DNA of 64,000 nucleotides from assembly GCA_033442325.1 (NCBI GenBank), contig JAWQFM010000024.1, positions 862,027 through 926,026 of the forward strand. The letters are read 5' to 3'. Position 1 is the first letter of the stretch. The number at the start of each line of letters is the position of its first letter. This stretch comes from Salpingoeca rosetta (taxonomy: Eukaryota; Protista; Choanoflagellata). Positions 37,267-60,057 of the stretch are shown piece after piece. Under the pieces are notes generated by a model, which saw nothing but the letters and a program-made list of their open reading frames with translations, ran no database searches and was not told the DNA's origin. Made by a program: the position numbers and the translations under genes.

Positions 37267-37569
37267 CCAAACCAACCAACCAAACAACCAAACAACCAAC
37301 CAAACAAATAAACAAAACAGAGTGTCCCTCATCACCATGGTGAGCCCACCTGCACGGCGTTGACGTTCCACATGCCCTTCTCGTACGACTTCTTCTCCTG
37401 CAGCAGCTGCTGGGAGCGGGCGTGATGCACAGCGAGCGCCTCTCGTCGCGCCTGCACCTCCGCCTCGTCCTCCTCAAGATCCGGCGGCGCCCGCTCAGGG
37501 AACATGCTGCCATCACGTGGGGAACGTCGATGTTGTTGTTGTTGTTGTTGTTGTTGTCGTTGTTGTTGG

Positions 37570-37630
<61 letters not shown>

Positions 37631-38832
37631 GAAAGTGTGCGTGTGTGAGAAATTGTGTGAAGTTTGGGTGTGTGAGTGCACGTCAAAGCAGCATTTCACG
37701 TCCCTGGCTCCAACATGCACAAACACACACACACACACACACATCTGCAATCGTGCACGCAAACGTTCATGTCTTCTCTCCCTTTTGTCCTTTTCACGCT
37801 GTCCAATCTATCCTGTGCACTCACGAGAAGACGGCGGGGAGGAAGTCTGCCTCGTGCTCCTCCAGCCACTCCTTGTAGTCGACAAACTCAAGCGTGTTCT
37901 GCCACCACTTGAGCCACGACTCGTACTGCCGCGCCTGCCGCGCCTGGGTTGTGGTGGTGGCGATAGTGGTGGCGATAGTGGTGGTTGTGGTGGTGGCGAT
38001 GGTGGTGGTGGGGTGTGAGCAGACTTCAGACGAATACACGAGACCAGCAACAACAACAAGAGCAACAAGAACAACAACAAGAACAGCAGCAACAACAAGA
38101 ACAACAAGAACAACAAGAAAAACAAGAACAACAACAACAACAACAACAAATTCAAGAAGAAGAACAAGAACAGCAACAACAACAACAAACAAACAAGAAC
38201 AGCAACAGCGAACTCCATGCGATAATGTGTCCCTGCGTGCTGTCGTTGTGAACTTACGAGGTGTTGTTCAGAGGGGTTGGCGACCACTTTTGGCGGGCGA
38301 TTGCGATATGAGCGGTGAAACCGCTTTTCCTTCTTCTCCTTCTCATCCTTCTCCCCACCTCTCTGCTTGCGGCCCTTCTTGCTCGTGCCGTTGCCGTCAC
38401 CGTTGTCTTTCTTGGTGTCGCCGGCAGTTGCCGCTGTCACTGCCAAGAGAGTGTGGCGTTGAGTTGAATGAGCATGAAAATGTGTGTGCACGTGTGCACG
38501 TGTGCATGTGAGTGGCGGTCAAACGATACAAGCTCTTGTACGAACAGCACTTGTCATTGCATCAGCTGACACGGTTCTCCCCAAAGCCTTCTTGTGTACA
38601 TGTGTACGTGTGCATGTGTGTGTGTGTGTGCGTATGAGTGTGTGTGTGCATGTGCACGTGTGTTGACATACACTCTGACGCCGCCGTCTCCTTGAGCGCC
38701 TCGTCGTTGCTCATGAGGACGTTGTTGACAGAGAACGGAAACTCGTTGTCGGCCCTTTGCAGGTTTCGATACGCACGAACAAAGCGATTGGTGGGAAATG
38801 TGAGAGCAGGGTAGCAACAAACATGCACGCAC

Positions 38833-38910
<78 letters not shown>

Positions 38911-39121
38911 GAGTTGCAAGCAATCCTTCGTGCGTGCGTGCGTATGGTGTTCACCTGTGTGGCATGAGCGCTCCCGCGATGTCCAAATCCTCTGGCGCCG
39001 GCAGCACCTGCCCAAATATCCTGTGCACATACACACGCATGTGTACAGATGATGGTGGCGGGTTGGAACATGCGGTGAGGAAAGCAATTGCGTACGTTCA
39101 AGCACACCCACATACACATAC

Positions 39122-39168
<47 letters not shown>

Positions 39169-39201
39169 CACACACACACACACACACACCCGCACTCACA
39201 C

Positions 39202-39239
<38 letters not shown>

Positions 39240-39492
39240 ACTCACCCATATGAGTGCAGCTCGCCCAGGGTGTCGTCCACGATGGTCTTGAGCGTGAATT
39301 CCTCTGAAAGTTTTCCGTATATTTTCGTCATTGAGACGAAGCGGTAGAGCGGGTCGTCCATGTCGGATATGGCGGCGGGCGTCAGCTGATGGTGGAGGAG
39401 GAAGGGGGGGGGGTGGTGAGGTGATGCGTTCATGACACAAATGAGACAGACAGACAGACAGACAGACAGACAGGTACGGAGAGACAAACAGG

Positions 39493-39590
<98 letters not shown>

Positions 39591-42546
39591 AACGCACCGC
39601 TGGGTCGTTCTCCATGAAGATGGGGAGGGAGGGCTGTAGCGTGATGAACCAGACGAGCTCTCGATCAGAGACGCGCGGGACCCGCGGACGGAAGTGCAGG
39701 TCATCGTCGTCCGCAGCCGATAGCGGTGCCTGTTGTGGCCGTCATCGTGGTGTTGTTGTTGTTGGTGGTGATGGTGGTGTCGGTGATGTAAGGACGCGTG
39801 GTAACGTGTGCGCGTATGTGTATGTGTGCACGTGTGAAAATGTGAGGGGGAAACAGGGCTGACGACAACCGAACCACGGTGGGCACACGTGTGCAACAAA
39901 CATGTGTAAAACAACATCAGCATTCACATGCGCGCGCGCGTGTGTGTCGACTGACGTTGGCAACAAACTCCTGGACGTGTGGGTGTCTTCGTGTTGCGTG
40001 GGAGAGAAGGTACCGACGCCCCGTCGGCCGCTCTTGCTCAGGTGGCGGGCGCTTCGGCTGGAACCACAAAACGGGAGAGGGAGAGGTGTGGAGGGAGGGA
40101 GGTGAATGATTTTGTTTGTTTGTTTGTTTTTGTATGTGTGTGTGTGTGTGTGCGCATGTGCGGAGGAAAGTGACGAGTATTGCGACGACAACAACAGTAC
40201 ACGACAACAACGACAACAGCCAAACAGGGCAACGCGTGCGCACCAGCACGGGGTCGAGCAGGTGTTTGGTGTTGAGATGTGCACTCAAGATGGGATCCAT
40301 GTCACCTGCACCAAGGGAAACCAAAGGAACGAGAACGCGTGAAACCTTCGCCGACCATCCCAACGCTTTGACTCAGTCCTGCTTCTTCATGCCCCAGCAA
40401 TAGCAACACACGCACACGCACACACAGACACACAGACACACGCACACACGCACACACAGACACAGACACAGACACAGACACACACAGACACACGCACGCA
40501 CAGACACACACAAACACACACGCACGCACAGACACAGACACACACACCGACACAGGCACACACACCGACACTCACACACGTACACAAACCCCCCTGCACA
40601 CTCCCAACCGCTGCTGCCTCACCGATGTCGGCGTCTGGTTTCTGCCGCCACCGCAGCATCGCCTGCGTCATATCGTGAACCTCTCGCGCGTGCTGCTTTC
40701 GCTGTCGTGTTGTTGCGCTGTCCGCAGGCGCCCGCTTCGTGGCTGCTGTTTCTGCTGTTTCTGCTGTTGCTGCCGTGAGCTGCGACGGCGTGGCTGCGAG
40801 CGTGCCCGTGCTCTCGACACGCGGGACGGTGCTGGAGGCAACAGCCGCTACAGACGCAGACGTGCGCAGTGCCATTGAGTCTCGCTTCTCCTGCTGCGAA
40901 AACGACGCCATAAGCAGTCGCGATGACATGGGCGGCGGTGTCGGGATGTTGACGCTGCCGTCTGTTGCCGGGCGCGTTTGCGACTGCGCGAGGGAGGTGG
41001 AGCGACGTGCACGGTACGCTTTCGATCGGCGGTGGCGGCGGCGATGATTGTGCTGGTGCTGGTGTGTTGATGGTTTGGGTGTCTCGTCCACGCCGACTTG
41101 CCCTTCATCCTCTCGCTCTGCTTCCTCCTGGTGGGTGTGGAGGCGGGATGAGGGTGGTGGGGGTATGGGTACGTGCAGTGTTTGAAGTGCAGCGAACATG
41201 CATGAGCGGTGAAGACAGGTGCGTGGATGGATACAACGAAAACCAGACACAATCAAGCGCATGGAACCGGCAAGGAGGAGTTAGAAAGGAGGTTTGAAGG
41301 AGGAATAACGAAGGAAACAAAGAGCAGGGAACAAGGAACACGGGGAACAAGGCAGCACAGTACAAGAAGCAAGGTGTCATGTAACAACGGCCTACCTGTG
41401 TGTAAAACAGGGAGGACAGGCACGAGGCGCTAACGGCGCGGCGAAGGGACCGGCGACCAGGTCCGCTTGTCCGCCACTTCACGTCCTCCAACAACCGCTC
41501 CATCGACAGCGGCTCCAAGATGGTTGGCAGTGACGCCCGCCGCCGCCGCGCCGAAGGCGACGCTACCATGCTCTCATCACCATCACCACCACCATCATCA
41601 TCACCATCATCACGACCATCACCAGCACGACGACGACGACGACCACGCAATCGCTGCTGCCGCTGTTGTTCGAGTTTTTGTTGCGCTTCCACAGGTACAT
41701 CAACCACAATCACACGACCGCCATCACCATCATCATTATCATCATCATCGCGCACAAGGCCACTGTCCCCGCTTCGCTGATGAGGCGGTGCAAGCCTCCC
41801 TCCCTGCATGTGCACACCCGCATCCATGCCCACACCTGCACCAGGCATTGCAGCCGACATCATGCTCGCCGACGATGGTGATGGCGACGGCGACTGTGTC
41901 GAGAGCGTGCGCGTGCCGCTGCTGTCGTACTGCACGAGGTGCTGGTTTGCAAACGGCAGCCCGAGCGCGGCCATCTGGCGAACGGAGAGCGCAGACGGGG
42001 ATGTGTTTACCACCGACACGCGGCGTGAAACCGCTCCCTCCAGCACCGACTCAAGCTCTGGTGGTTGATTGTCGGTGGTGGGCGGTGGAAGAAAGGCAAC
42101 GAGGCGATGGGACGTGAGAAACATGCGTGTGTTGCGTGTGTGTTTGTGTGTGTGTATGTGTGAGTATGTGTGAGTGTGTGTTTGTGCGTGAGTGTATGTT
42201 TATATGTGTGTGTGCGTGAGTGTGAGTGCGTGTGTGTGTGTGTGTGCGTGAGTGTGAGTGCGTGAGTGTGAGTGCGTGAGTGTGAGTGCGTGAGTGTGTG
42301 TGACTACATCTTGCTTCAAAGGCGCTCTGTACTACAGTCGCGCGTGCTTGCAGGCACGGCACCTTTGATTCGCTTGAGGGAGGTGTCAAAGGGGATGCTG
42401 GGCATTTTCATGTCGCGTTTCAGTGCCGCGATGCGGTCCGACAACTGGCGCTGGTACTTGTCATCTGCAAGGGCGGTGGTGGTGGTGGTGGTGGTGGTGG
42501 TGGTGGTGGGGATGGTCACATCAAAATGAACTCAAGCATGAGAGCA

Positions 42547-42577
<31 letters not shown>

Positions 42578-43523
42578 CGTACACACATTACACGCAATCT
42601 CTCACTCTCACTCTCTCACTACCATTTCCTCTCGCTTCATACCTCGCATGTCTTGGATGATGTACCATCGAATGAGCATGTAGACTGGCACATGACGTGT
42701 TGTTGATGTGCCTGCAAGCAAAACCAATGTCAGAGACGTTGGTAGACGGGGTCAGTGAAGTCTACGAACCTGTGTGCTGCGAGTTTGGCTCACAGTGTGC
42801 AAAACAGGCGAGCAGCTTGCACACACAGACACACGCACGCACCCAGACACAGACACACAAAACACACCCACAGACACACGCACGCACACAGACACAGACA
42901 CACAAAACACACGCACCCTGGAGGTCTTTGCTGGCCTGAGTGACAATGACAGGGCGACAGGGTCTGTTCTTGGAGCGCTTGAGCTGCTCCCCGAGATAGG
43001 CGCTAATCTCCTTGATCTTGAACGCCCTGCGCGCATCGCCAGCGAGTTTGGACAGATAACGGATGGTGTTGGCGCTGTCGGAGAAGACGCCTCGCTGGCG
43101 CGCACGGTCTGGTGTGTGTGCAGCGTGTTGCAAACAGGATGGGGGGGGGGGTAACAGAGGGTGAGCTGAGGAGGTGTGTGGTGTGGGATGTGTGCATGTG
43201 TGTGCACGTGCGTGTGTGCGTTTGGTTGTGCAATTTGTACGTCATGTGTGTGTGTGTGTGTGTTTGGGTGCACTTTGAATGTTGAGCTTACTGAGCAAGG
43301 TTCGTAGTCGTCGATACAGCAGCACGGAAATCTCAATCAGCGTCCACGGAATACGTCGGTCAATCTGATGGTGCGAGCAATGCATTGTTTGGGCATTGGT
43401 GGTGAGGATGCCGCAGGGAACAGAAACAGGACCACAACAGCGCAAAAGGCTCAGTTTGACATGCATGTACACCCACCCACACCCCCCCCCCACACACGCA
43501 CACACGCACACACGCACACACAC

Positions 43524-43604
<81 letters not shown>

Positions 43605-44228
43605 TTCACATGACCTGGCATGCCGATGCCTGCAAGGATCACCGACCTCTTTGTTGATGGCATCTGAGAGCACGGCGTTCCACTTGCGCCGCGAAAAGTC
43701 GTCCCACGCGCGTTTGAGCTCCGTGATGATGACATCGTGGAAAGGCGCCATACCTGCGGTGAGCAGGGAGGCGGCAGCAGCAGGAGAGAGACAGGGGGGA
43801 ACACAAGATGAGGGCGGTTGTTGTATCCGAAGGAGAGAGATAGACGGACACAGACACAGGCATACATACAGAGGCGCATGTACACGTACACATACACACT
43901 CACGCGCGCGCGCACACACACACACACCTGTTGGTGTAAAGCCTGCAGGACGGGGCTCTTCGAGGAATCGTTCAAGCACTGCGTGCAGCAGGTGGTCTTG
44001 GGTCCGGACATGACCGACGGCTGGATCCGTGTCAAACGCGTCGCTGGAGCCACTGCTACCACTCAACTCTGTTAACAAGGCAGCAGCAGCACACACACAC
44101 ATCAGCAAACCAACAACATCAACAACAATAACGTCATGCGCAAGCTATGCCACTTGAAACACAGCCACTTCCAACACAGTGAACAACAAGCGGCAACAGC
44201 AATCCACAACAGCACACACAGACACACA

Positions 44229-44269
<41 letters not shown>

Positions 44270-44389
44270 AGACACAGACACAGACACACACACACAGACA
44301 CACATACCTTTCTGGAGTGCTTGAAGCTTTGATTGCACATCCTTTTCTCGTTCTCGGGTGTCTTCCAAGTCCTCATCCACTCGCGACAT
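35357..44389 (-). CDS. CCDC87: CCDC87-like coiled-coil protein (C-terminal MAP65/ASE1-related region)
   Basis: C-terminal exons [60 protein letters not shown]...[12 protein letters not shown]|[20 protein letters not shown] and [23 protein letters not shown] match remembered CCDC87 motifs (RPYLDKMKSDKVEMLYWLQQ). N-terminal RGVFSDSAN...LAGD. Middle low-complexity exons are approximate. Confidence 0.8.
37077..37310. repeat. Compound (CCAA)n/(GCAA)n tetranucleotide array, intronic
   Basis: Direct inspection. Confidence 0.95.
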
Positions 44390-44749
44390 GGCTGCGCAGC
44401 CCGCAGGGCCTTGGCAAAGCACAGCGAGCAAAAACAACGCAGGCGAGCAAGCCAGCCAGCCAGCCAACGAAGATGTATTGGTCTTCTCTTGTCGCTGCTT
44501 CCTTCACAACCACCCAATAATTTACCAACCGCCAATCGATTTTGCCAACAGCAGCGTTGATTTTACCAACACCCCGTTGGCAAAAAGCCGCGCGAAGCCT
44601 TCGCTCGTCCACCTCATCCTTTGTTTGCCCTCCACTTCGCTTCGCTCTTCTGCTGTGCGTGTCCTGCCAATGCCGAAAGTGTGAGTGTGCACGATCAGCA
44701 CCAAACGACAACAACTCAGCTGAGGAAAGCACACATTGACCGTCCAGCA
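44390..44749. promoter_or_regulatory. Putative bidirectional promoter (CCDC87 / SH2 protein)
   Basis: ~360 bp between divergent ATGs. Confidence 0.45.
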
Positions 44750-47225
<2,476 letters not shown>

Positions 47226-47246
47226 CTGATGATGTATGCTCTGTGT

Positions 47247-47332
<86 letters not shown>

Positions 47333-47580
47333 TTGTGTGTGTATCCGATACAAGCGCGAGTCTAAGATATCTGTGATGTCTTGGAGCGCGCGCGTGAATC
47401 GCAAGAGAGAGGTGCGTCTGCTCGTCGGACCGGGGGAGGTGAATTCGAGATGAAAGCCGAAACGCACACGCATTCACGCACATGCGTGCTAGCTCGCACG
47501 TGAGCCGCCACGCACGACTGTCTGGCTGTTTCTGTAAGCAAAACACCCGAACCCAAAAGAAAGAAACAGATCGATAACCA

Positions 47581-47680
47581 NNNNNNNNNNNNNNNNNNNN
47601 NNNNNNNNNNNNNNNNNNNNNNNNNNNNNNNNNNNNNNNNNNNNNNNNNNNNNNNNNNNNNNNNNNNNNNNNNNNNNNNN
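47581..47680. other. Assembly gap (100 N)
   Basis: N run. Confidence 1.
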
Positions 47681-47940
47681 TATATATATACTAAACTATG
47701 TATATCTGTAGCTATCTTTAATTCTGTATTTTTTATATATTTATATATATCCTTTATATGTGTATGTGTATACGATAGATCGAGAGAGCGAGATATTCTG
47801 AGTGTGGGATGGGCTACATATGGACATCGAGATATGTATATACATCTATATATATATATGGATGTTTACATTCATAGACGTATATATATAGATTTTTATA
47901 TACCTATATATATAGCTATATATATCACATATATCACATA

Positions 47941-48026
<86 letters not shown>

Positions 48027-48034
48027 CGTCGTGC

Positions 48035-50967
48035 CTACATGCTGAGGATGGCCTGCAGCTCAATGCAGTCGAGCTGCTGTGCGGGCGGCCCAATGTGCCG
48101 CTGCAGGCGCGGGAGCAGCCACGAGCGGTGACGCGACAACGCCCGTTCAAAATGCACCAGCGCACCCATCTTCACGTCCTCAAGCACCTCGTCATAGCTG
48201 TTGGTGTCGCTTGTGCACGCATCAGCGTCGCCAGCATCACCATGGTTCCTGTCAGTGCTGTTGCTGTTGCTGCTGCTTGATTTAGCCTTCCCCTTCTTTC
48301 CTGCTGCCTTTCCTTTGTGCCCGTCCTTGTGCTGCTGAGGCTGAGGCTGCTGCTGCTGCTTCCTCGCTTGCCTTCCCTTGCGCTTCTTAGCATCACTCAT
48401 GTGCGTGTGTGCGGAGAGACAGAGCCAGGCCACGGCTTCGCACCACTCCGCCACCGCCCGCGCTGTCGCCTGCTTGCGCCCGGCCTCTGTTCGCTTCATC
48501 TGAATGCTGCGCGCACTCTGTTCACCATACTCAAACCCATCATCTTCATCATCTTCATCCTCCTCATCATTATCATCACCATCACCATCACCACAGCCGC
48601 TTCCGCCGTTGCACGCGTATCCGCCGTCATCTTTGCGCGTGTATGTGAGCGCTGTGCTGCCCTTTCCAATGTTCCCGTCCACCTCGCACACAAGGTCGCC
48701 GGACACCATTGTCAGCAGCAGGAGCAGCTCGCCGTGGTTGCACAGGAGCGGAGCAACAGCAGCAGCAGCAATGTGGCTATCACTCTCGCCAGCAGTGTCG
48801 TCGCGCTGTGCGTTTGACAGTGTATTTTTTGTGCCTGCAAGCACGGCGGCGGCGCTGCGAATGGAATCATCGCGAAGGGCAAACGCGCACCGGTCTGCGT
48901 CCCGTTTCACTGCGCGCAAAAACAAGAGGACATGGGGTGCAGGGGAGGGAGGGGAGAGGGTGGTGTGAGAGCAAGTGGCAGCGGTGGAGTATGTGGGATG
49001 TGGGATGTGTGACGGTAAGTGGAAGTTGATGTCTATGTGTTGGCTCGCTTGTGTGTGCCGGCGAGCAGCTACAACTACAACTTGAAGCCGGAAAGCATCA
49101 GGCCATGTTGAAATCACAGTACGCACCTGTGTATGCGGTGACGAGCGAGGCCAGGGCTGTGGGCTCTTCAAACGTCTTTGCATCTGTTTGGCATGCACGG
49201 AGACGCAAGCGTGAGGTGGGAGAAACGTATGTGGCGGGAAAAAACACAGGTATGACAATCCAAGAATGATAGGACATAGACGAGCAACACCAGTGGCAGC
49301 AAGAATATGTGCAAGCACACACAAACACACGCACGCACACGCACACAGACACACACAAAACACAGTCGTCTCACGTGCGAGAGTGGGGGCGAGGGTGCGT
49401 GCGAGTTGCGCAAGGGAGGCGGACTGGCGCGCCTCCGCTGGGTCCTCAACCAACACGTTGAGCAGCAAATTGCACGCGAGGTTGCATGCCGATGCGTCGT
49501 ACTCGTCATCATCGCCACTGCCCATCTTGGAATCGGTTGGTTGTGTAATGGACAGCCGTTCAAACGCAGCCTGCTCACCGCCATCATCATCACCATCACT
49601 ATCATCACCATCATCACTGTCGTCATCGCTGTTGCCGTGTGCAGCGGTTGTGCCCGTCGTTCTCGTCTTCTTTGCCGCCTGTTCGCCCTGAGCCGTCTTG
49701 GTGGGCGCATGCGCCACACCCACGGATGATGACGACGATGGCGACAGCGATGACGAAGCGTCCTCTGAAGGAATAACGCCTGCGCGCTGCAGATACGACG
49801 AGACGACGGTACACGCGAGCGAAATGCAGTTGGTGTCGCCCACGACCGAGTGCCGGAAGGGCGTGTGCGCTGTTCCCGTGCACAGCGCGGGCAGCAAATG
49901 CCGCAGAACAAGCCGCGACCACGACCGGTCTGGTTGTGTTGTGTTGTGTTTCGAAGGGGGTGTGTGTGTGAGTACAGGGAGAGGTGGAACTCGGCATGCA
50001 TGCACACACAACCACGTGGCGTGCGCATTGCCTGCAAGCAATGTAGCCATGTTAGCGCGTACCTTCAGGGTTGGCGGACAGGGAGCGGTCATTGATGAGT
50101 TGAAGAAGGTACTCCGCAGTCGGAAGGAACTGATGCGAGGAGGTGGTGGTGGTGTGAGTGAGAGTGAGTGAGAGTGTGAGTGAGTGAGAGAGTGAGAGAG
50201 AGAGAGTGAGAGAGTGAGAGAGTGAGTGAGTGAGAGAGTGAGTGAGTGAGTGAGTGAATGAGTCACATGTGTGTGAGTGAGTGAGTGACTTGTATGTGCG
50301 GGTGAGACAGTGCTCGCACATATGTGTGCGAGTGAGAGAGTGCATCCACGTGTAACAGAGTGCGAAAGCTGTGCGCGAGCATGCAATCACCCGTCATCCG
50401 CGCGCCAAACCTGATCGATGCCATTGTCGTTCTCGGCAAACCACGCCCCAAGCACGCGTGCACACCCGGCCAGCAGCAGCAGCACCCGCTCGGACTGCGA
50501 TTCCCACGCGTTGTCGCTGCTGTTTGCAGTGAAGAACAGCACAGCCTCAACCGTCATCTGCAGGGCGAACACATGCGCGAGTGTAGAGGTGTGTGTGTGT
50601 GTGTGAGTGTGTGCGTGTGCGAGTGTGTGCGAGAGAGAGAGTGTGTGTGTGAGGGAGAGAGAGTGTGTGTGTGCGTGTCCGTGTGAGTGTGTGTGTGTGT
50701 ACATGTGAACGTGCGCGGTGCGAAGGTTGAAGGAGGGAAGACACAAGTCTGCACGCACAAGCACTCATGCAGCTGCTCTGCTGTTTGTGTGTCTGCTCAC
50801 CTTGCACCCAGAGAGGGCGTTTTCAAGACTGGCGGTTTCCATTTCATCACCGCGGTTCACTGAAGATCAAGCACAACAAGTGGGCAGAAGCGAGGTGCAG
50901 TGAGCACATGCACATGCAAACGCAGACGGAGGGTGACACATGATAGACGGAAAAATACACACATCTA

Positions 50968-51033
<66 letters not shown>

Positions 51034-51377
51034 GAGCACAGCGCAGCGCAGCTGTGCGAGTTGTTGCGTACCGAGACATGAGATGGAGTCCTCGACGATG
51101 AAGAAGCAGCAGGCGGTCAGCTCAACATCCTCAATGCAGCTCTCAAGCTGCACACACACACACAGAAGTGCGAACATGTGAGCGTATATTCATTCCATGA
51201 GATGCAGGTGGTGTTGCAACGATACTCCTTCAAACCACTGTGCAGATCGCAGTCATGCATGCAGGCAAGGTGCATGCAGGCAAACAGGCGTCACAACTCA
51301 CGTGCTCCTGCTCAAGCGCCATGCGAACTTCAATGGCGGCGCGGCGACAAATGAGTGGCAGACATCTGCATACACAA

Positions 51378-51462
<85 letters not shown>

Positions 51463-52952
51463 AGGCGAGATGACGGACAAGATTGTGAGCTCAAATCCTT
51501 GTGATCCTTGTGTGTACACGCACCCTCCCTCAACACACAGTCGCACACATACACACACATACACCACCCACCGACGTGCCAGCGCTTACTCGTTGAGGGT
51601 CGGGGTGGGGAGGTGCTTGAAGTGGGCGTGTGCGACGGCGGCAGATATGAGCTGCAGCACCAAACGGCGCTCGCGGGGGCCAAGTTTGTGCTGCAATAGC
51701 GCTTTGCTCGTCCGCACAACAGAGGAGAACCAGTTCTTGCACGGCTCGTCGTCATCATCATCGCCATCATCATTGGCACCAGCATCACCAACACTGCCGG
51801 CGCTCTTCTTGTCTGCGCGTGTGTGGCTGCCTCCTTTACTGCTACTGCTGCTGCTGGTGGTGCTGGGGTAGAGGATGACGTGCGGTGTGGGCGCGGCAGC
51901 AAAGGCGGCAGGGGAGACTGACTGCAGCAGCGACGTGAGGGCCTTTGCACTCTCCAGCTTGTACTCGTCATGACGCGTGGCAAACACGTGCGCCAGGAAG
52001 ACGGCGGTGGTGGCGTGCATGGACGGATACAGGAGGCCGATGCGGTAGGCAAAGGCAAGCAGGGCTGACATGGGCGCCTGTGGTGCATCCACACCGCGGT
52101 CCTCGAGCCACGCGTTCAGGTCAGGCAGCAGCTCTAAACGAGTGGGAGGATGCGAGGGAGAGGGTGTGATATGAGTGGGAGGTGAATGGCGCACACGCGC
52201 AGCCATCAGAGGCAGATACAGTGGATCACACACAGACAAACAAACCCACATGCGCGCGCGCACACACACACACACACAGTCACAGATGCACACAGACACA
52301 CAGACACACACACGCACACACGCACGCACACGCGCACGAACGTACGTGGAGGGAGGCTCGGTTTGTGATTGTAGTCGAGGGCGGTGATGAGGATGTGCAG
52401 GGCGTCAAAGACAGCCTGATCTGATGGTGACAGTGGCGGCTGTTGGATGTCGGCACCTTCTTCTTCTTCACCATCACCGTTGCCTTCATCTTGACCGTTG
52501 CCTTCCTCAACCTCCTCCCTGGTGGCTGCAGCTGTGTTTGCAGCCTTCCCGCTGCTGTCTTCATCGTCGCCACGGTTCTCCACGCCATCATCGTCGCCAT
52601 CATGACCGCTGTGACGCGGGCGCGGCTGCCTCGGGTTGACCGGCACGGCGTCGGTGTCGCCTGATTGCTCGGATGGCGTTTCCAGCAGGCGTACAAGCGC
52701 ATTCACCACGTTGGGGAGGATGTGCGCAAACGACTTGGAACGTGCAATGCAGTCGGATGCGGCGTACAGGGACAGGATGGACATGGCCAGGCGTGGGTAC
52801 AGCAGGCCCACGTTCTGGTCGCCGTGCGAGTTGAGCAGCCGCTTCAGGAACGAGTAGCCCACAACCTTCTCAACAGCCTCCACGTCAGATGCATCACTTG
52901 GAGGTGTGCCTTTTGCCAACAGTAGCAGTCCGACAAACCGTTGCTGTACAGT

Positions 52953-53025
<73 letters not shown>

Positions 53026-53369
53026 AATTGGGCGTGTGTGAGGAATTGGGCGTGTGTGAGTGTGTGGTTGTGGGATTGTGAGCACGCACGAGGGGCAGTG
53101 AATAGCGAGCGAGTGAGTGAAATGTGACTGGATAGCAGTACAATTGCACGCATGGTTATGCGCGAGAGAGGGAGAGACGGAGGGCAACCAGTTCAAGCAG
53201 ACGTTCACTTCGCCAGCGACCATGCAAGCAGATGGTCATGGCTGCTTGTAGCGCACGACAATACCTCGTCCGTCTGTGCGTTCTTGAAGACACCCAGCGC
53301 TGTTCTCAGCTGCTGTTGTGGGTCGGCTGCGCCTTGGCCTGGCTGCTGCCAGTCAGCTTTCCCTTCCAT
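48035..53369 (-). CDS. NCDN: Neurochondrin-family ARM-like protein
   Basis: LRTALGVFKNAQTDE|QRFVGLLLLAK...VEKVVGYSFLKRLL (NCDN N-terminal signature), IEVRMALE, ELTACCFFIVE and ARVLGAWFAEN. An alternative upstream ATG lies at 53417. Confidence 0.82.
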
Positions 53370-53582
53370 TGTGGTCGTTGTTGTCGTCGCAGAAGAAGAA
53401 GAGGAAGACAGTGGCATGCTTTGTGATGTGATGATAGCAGCAGAGGCTGCGAACGTCTCTGTGTGCGTTGTGGTGTGGTGTGTGTGCGTGCTGACTGTGC
53501 CAGCGAAGGGAGGCTCGACTGGCGAAAGGTTATGGAAAATATTCACTGATCGTCCACATCACACGTGTGAAAGGCAGCCAAG
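53370..53582. promoter_or_regulatory. Putative bidirectional promoter (NCDN / ABCE1)
   Basis: ~170-210 bp between divergent starts. Confidence 0.5.
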
Positions 53583-58964
<5,382 letters not shown>

Positions 58965-59523
58965 ACCTATCGCTCCTCCCTCATTTCCCCCCCCCCCCCA
59001 ATTCTCTCTTCTCTCTGCAACTTCACGCCCTCGCCTCCTCTTCCCTTCGTACTTCGCTCGCCGAACCCATGTCACAATATGCACGCGAGTGCAAGTGCTT
59101 GGGGGTTGTTGGGTGGTCTTAGCTTGCGTCTTTGCTCTGCATCGCGCAGTGTAGCTGTGGGTTAAGGTGGTCACTCACTAACACCACGGCCAAGCCGTGT
59201 TGCCTGTTTCTGTTTCTTGTGTCTCAGATCGCTGTTCATCTGCTGTTGGTCGATGTGAGTTGATGTGAGTTGATGTGAGTTTCGCTTGTTCGAGTCGCTT
59301 CTTTGACTTCCTTCTTCTTCTCCTCTTTCTTTTTCGTCGTGTAGCCTTGCTGTTTCGGTTGTGCCCAGTTAATTTGCTGTCCGGTTTTGCATTGCGCGTC
59401 AAACCATCCAACAAACAACAACAACAAACGATCTCAAAGTACCATACGCTGCTGTGGCATGAGCACAGCGAAATCGACAACTCCAAATACACATCGTCAT
59501 CGTCATCATCATCACCCTGAACA

Positions 59524-59557
<34 letters not shown>

Positions 59558-59633
59558 CCCAGCAAGCATTCATTCAATAGTTGGTTTGTCAGCAGGCACC
59601 CCCACACAAGAAAAGCAGCAGAGTGTCATGTGT

Positions 59634-59729
59634 TCAGTCGTCATCGCTGTCATCATTGCGGCGAATGTGCAAACCGCCACCGGTGCGTCCAACGAGATCA
59701 ACCTGAAGTTTGGACGAAACGTGCGCGTG

Positions 59730-59801
<72 letters not shown>

Positions 59802-59998
59802 AGGGTGCGTGCGTGTGCGTGTGTGTGTATCTGTGTGTGTGTGTGTATTCATGTGTGTGTGTGTTTTGGTGTGCAATGCGCAATCAGGTCATATTCGCAA
59901 ATTCACACGCTGCACCTTCACGGTGACGTCCTTCAGTGCCGTTTTCCCAATCTGCGAACTCTTGGCGCGATTCAGGAACTCTTGATCCTGCGCGTGTA

Positions 59999-60057
<59 letters not shown>

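Noticed and set aside
47681-47945. AT-rich island in a GC-rich region (foreign DNA?)
   Set aside because: It directly abuts an N gap and looks like degenerate (AT)n or low-quality read end; no coding signal.
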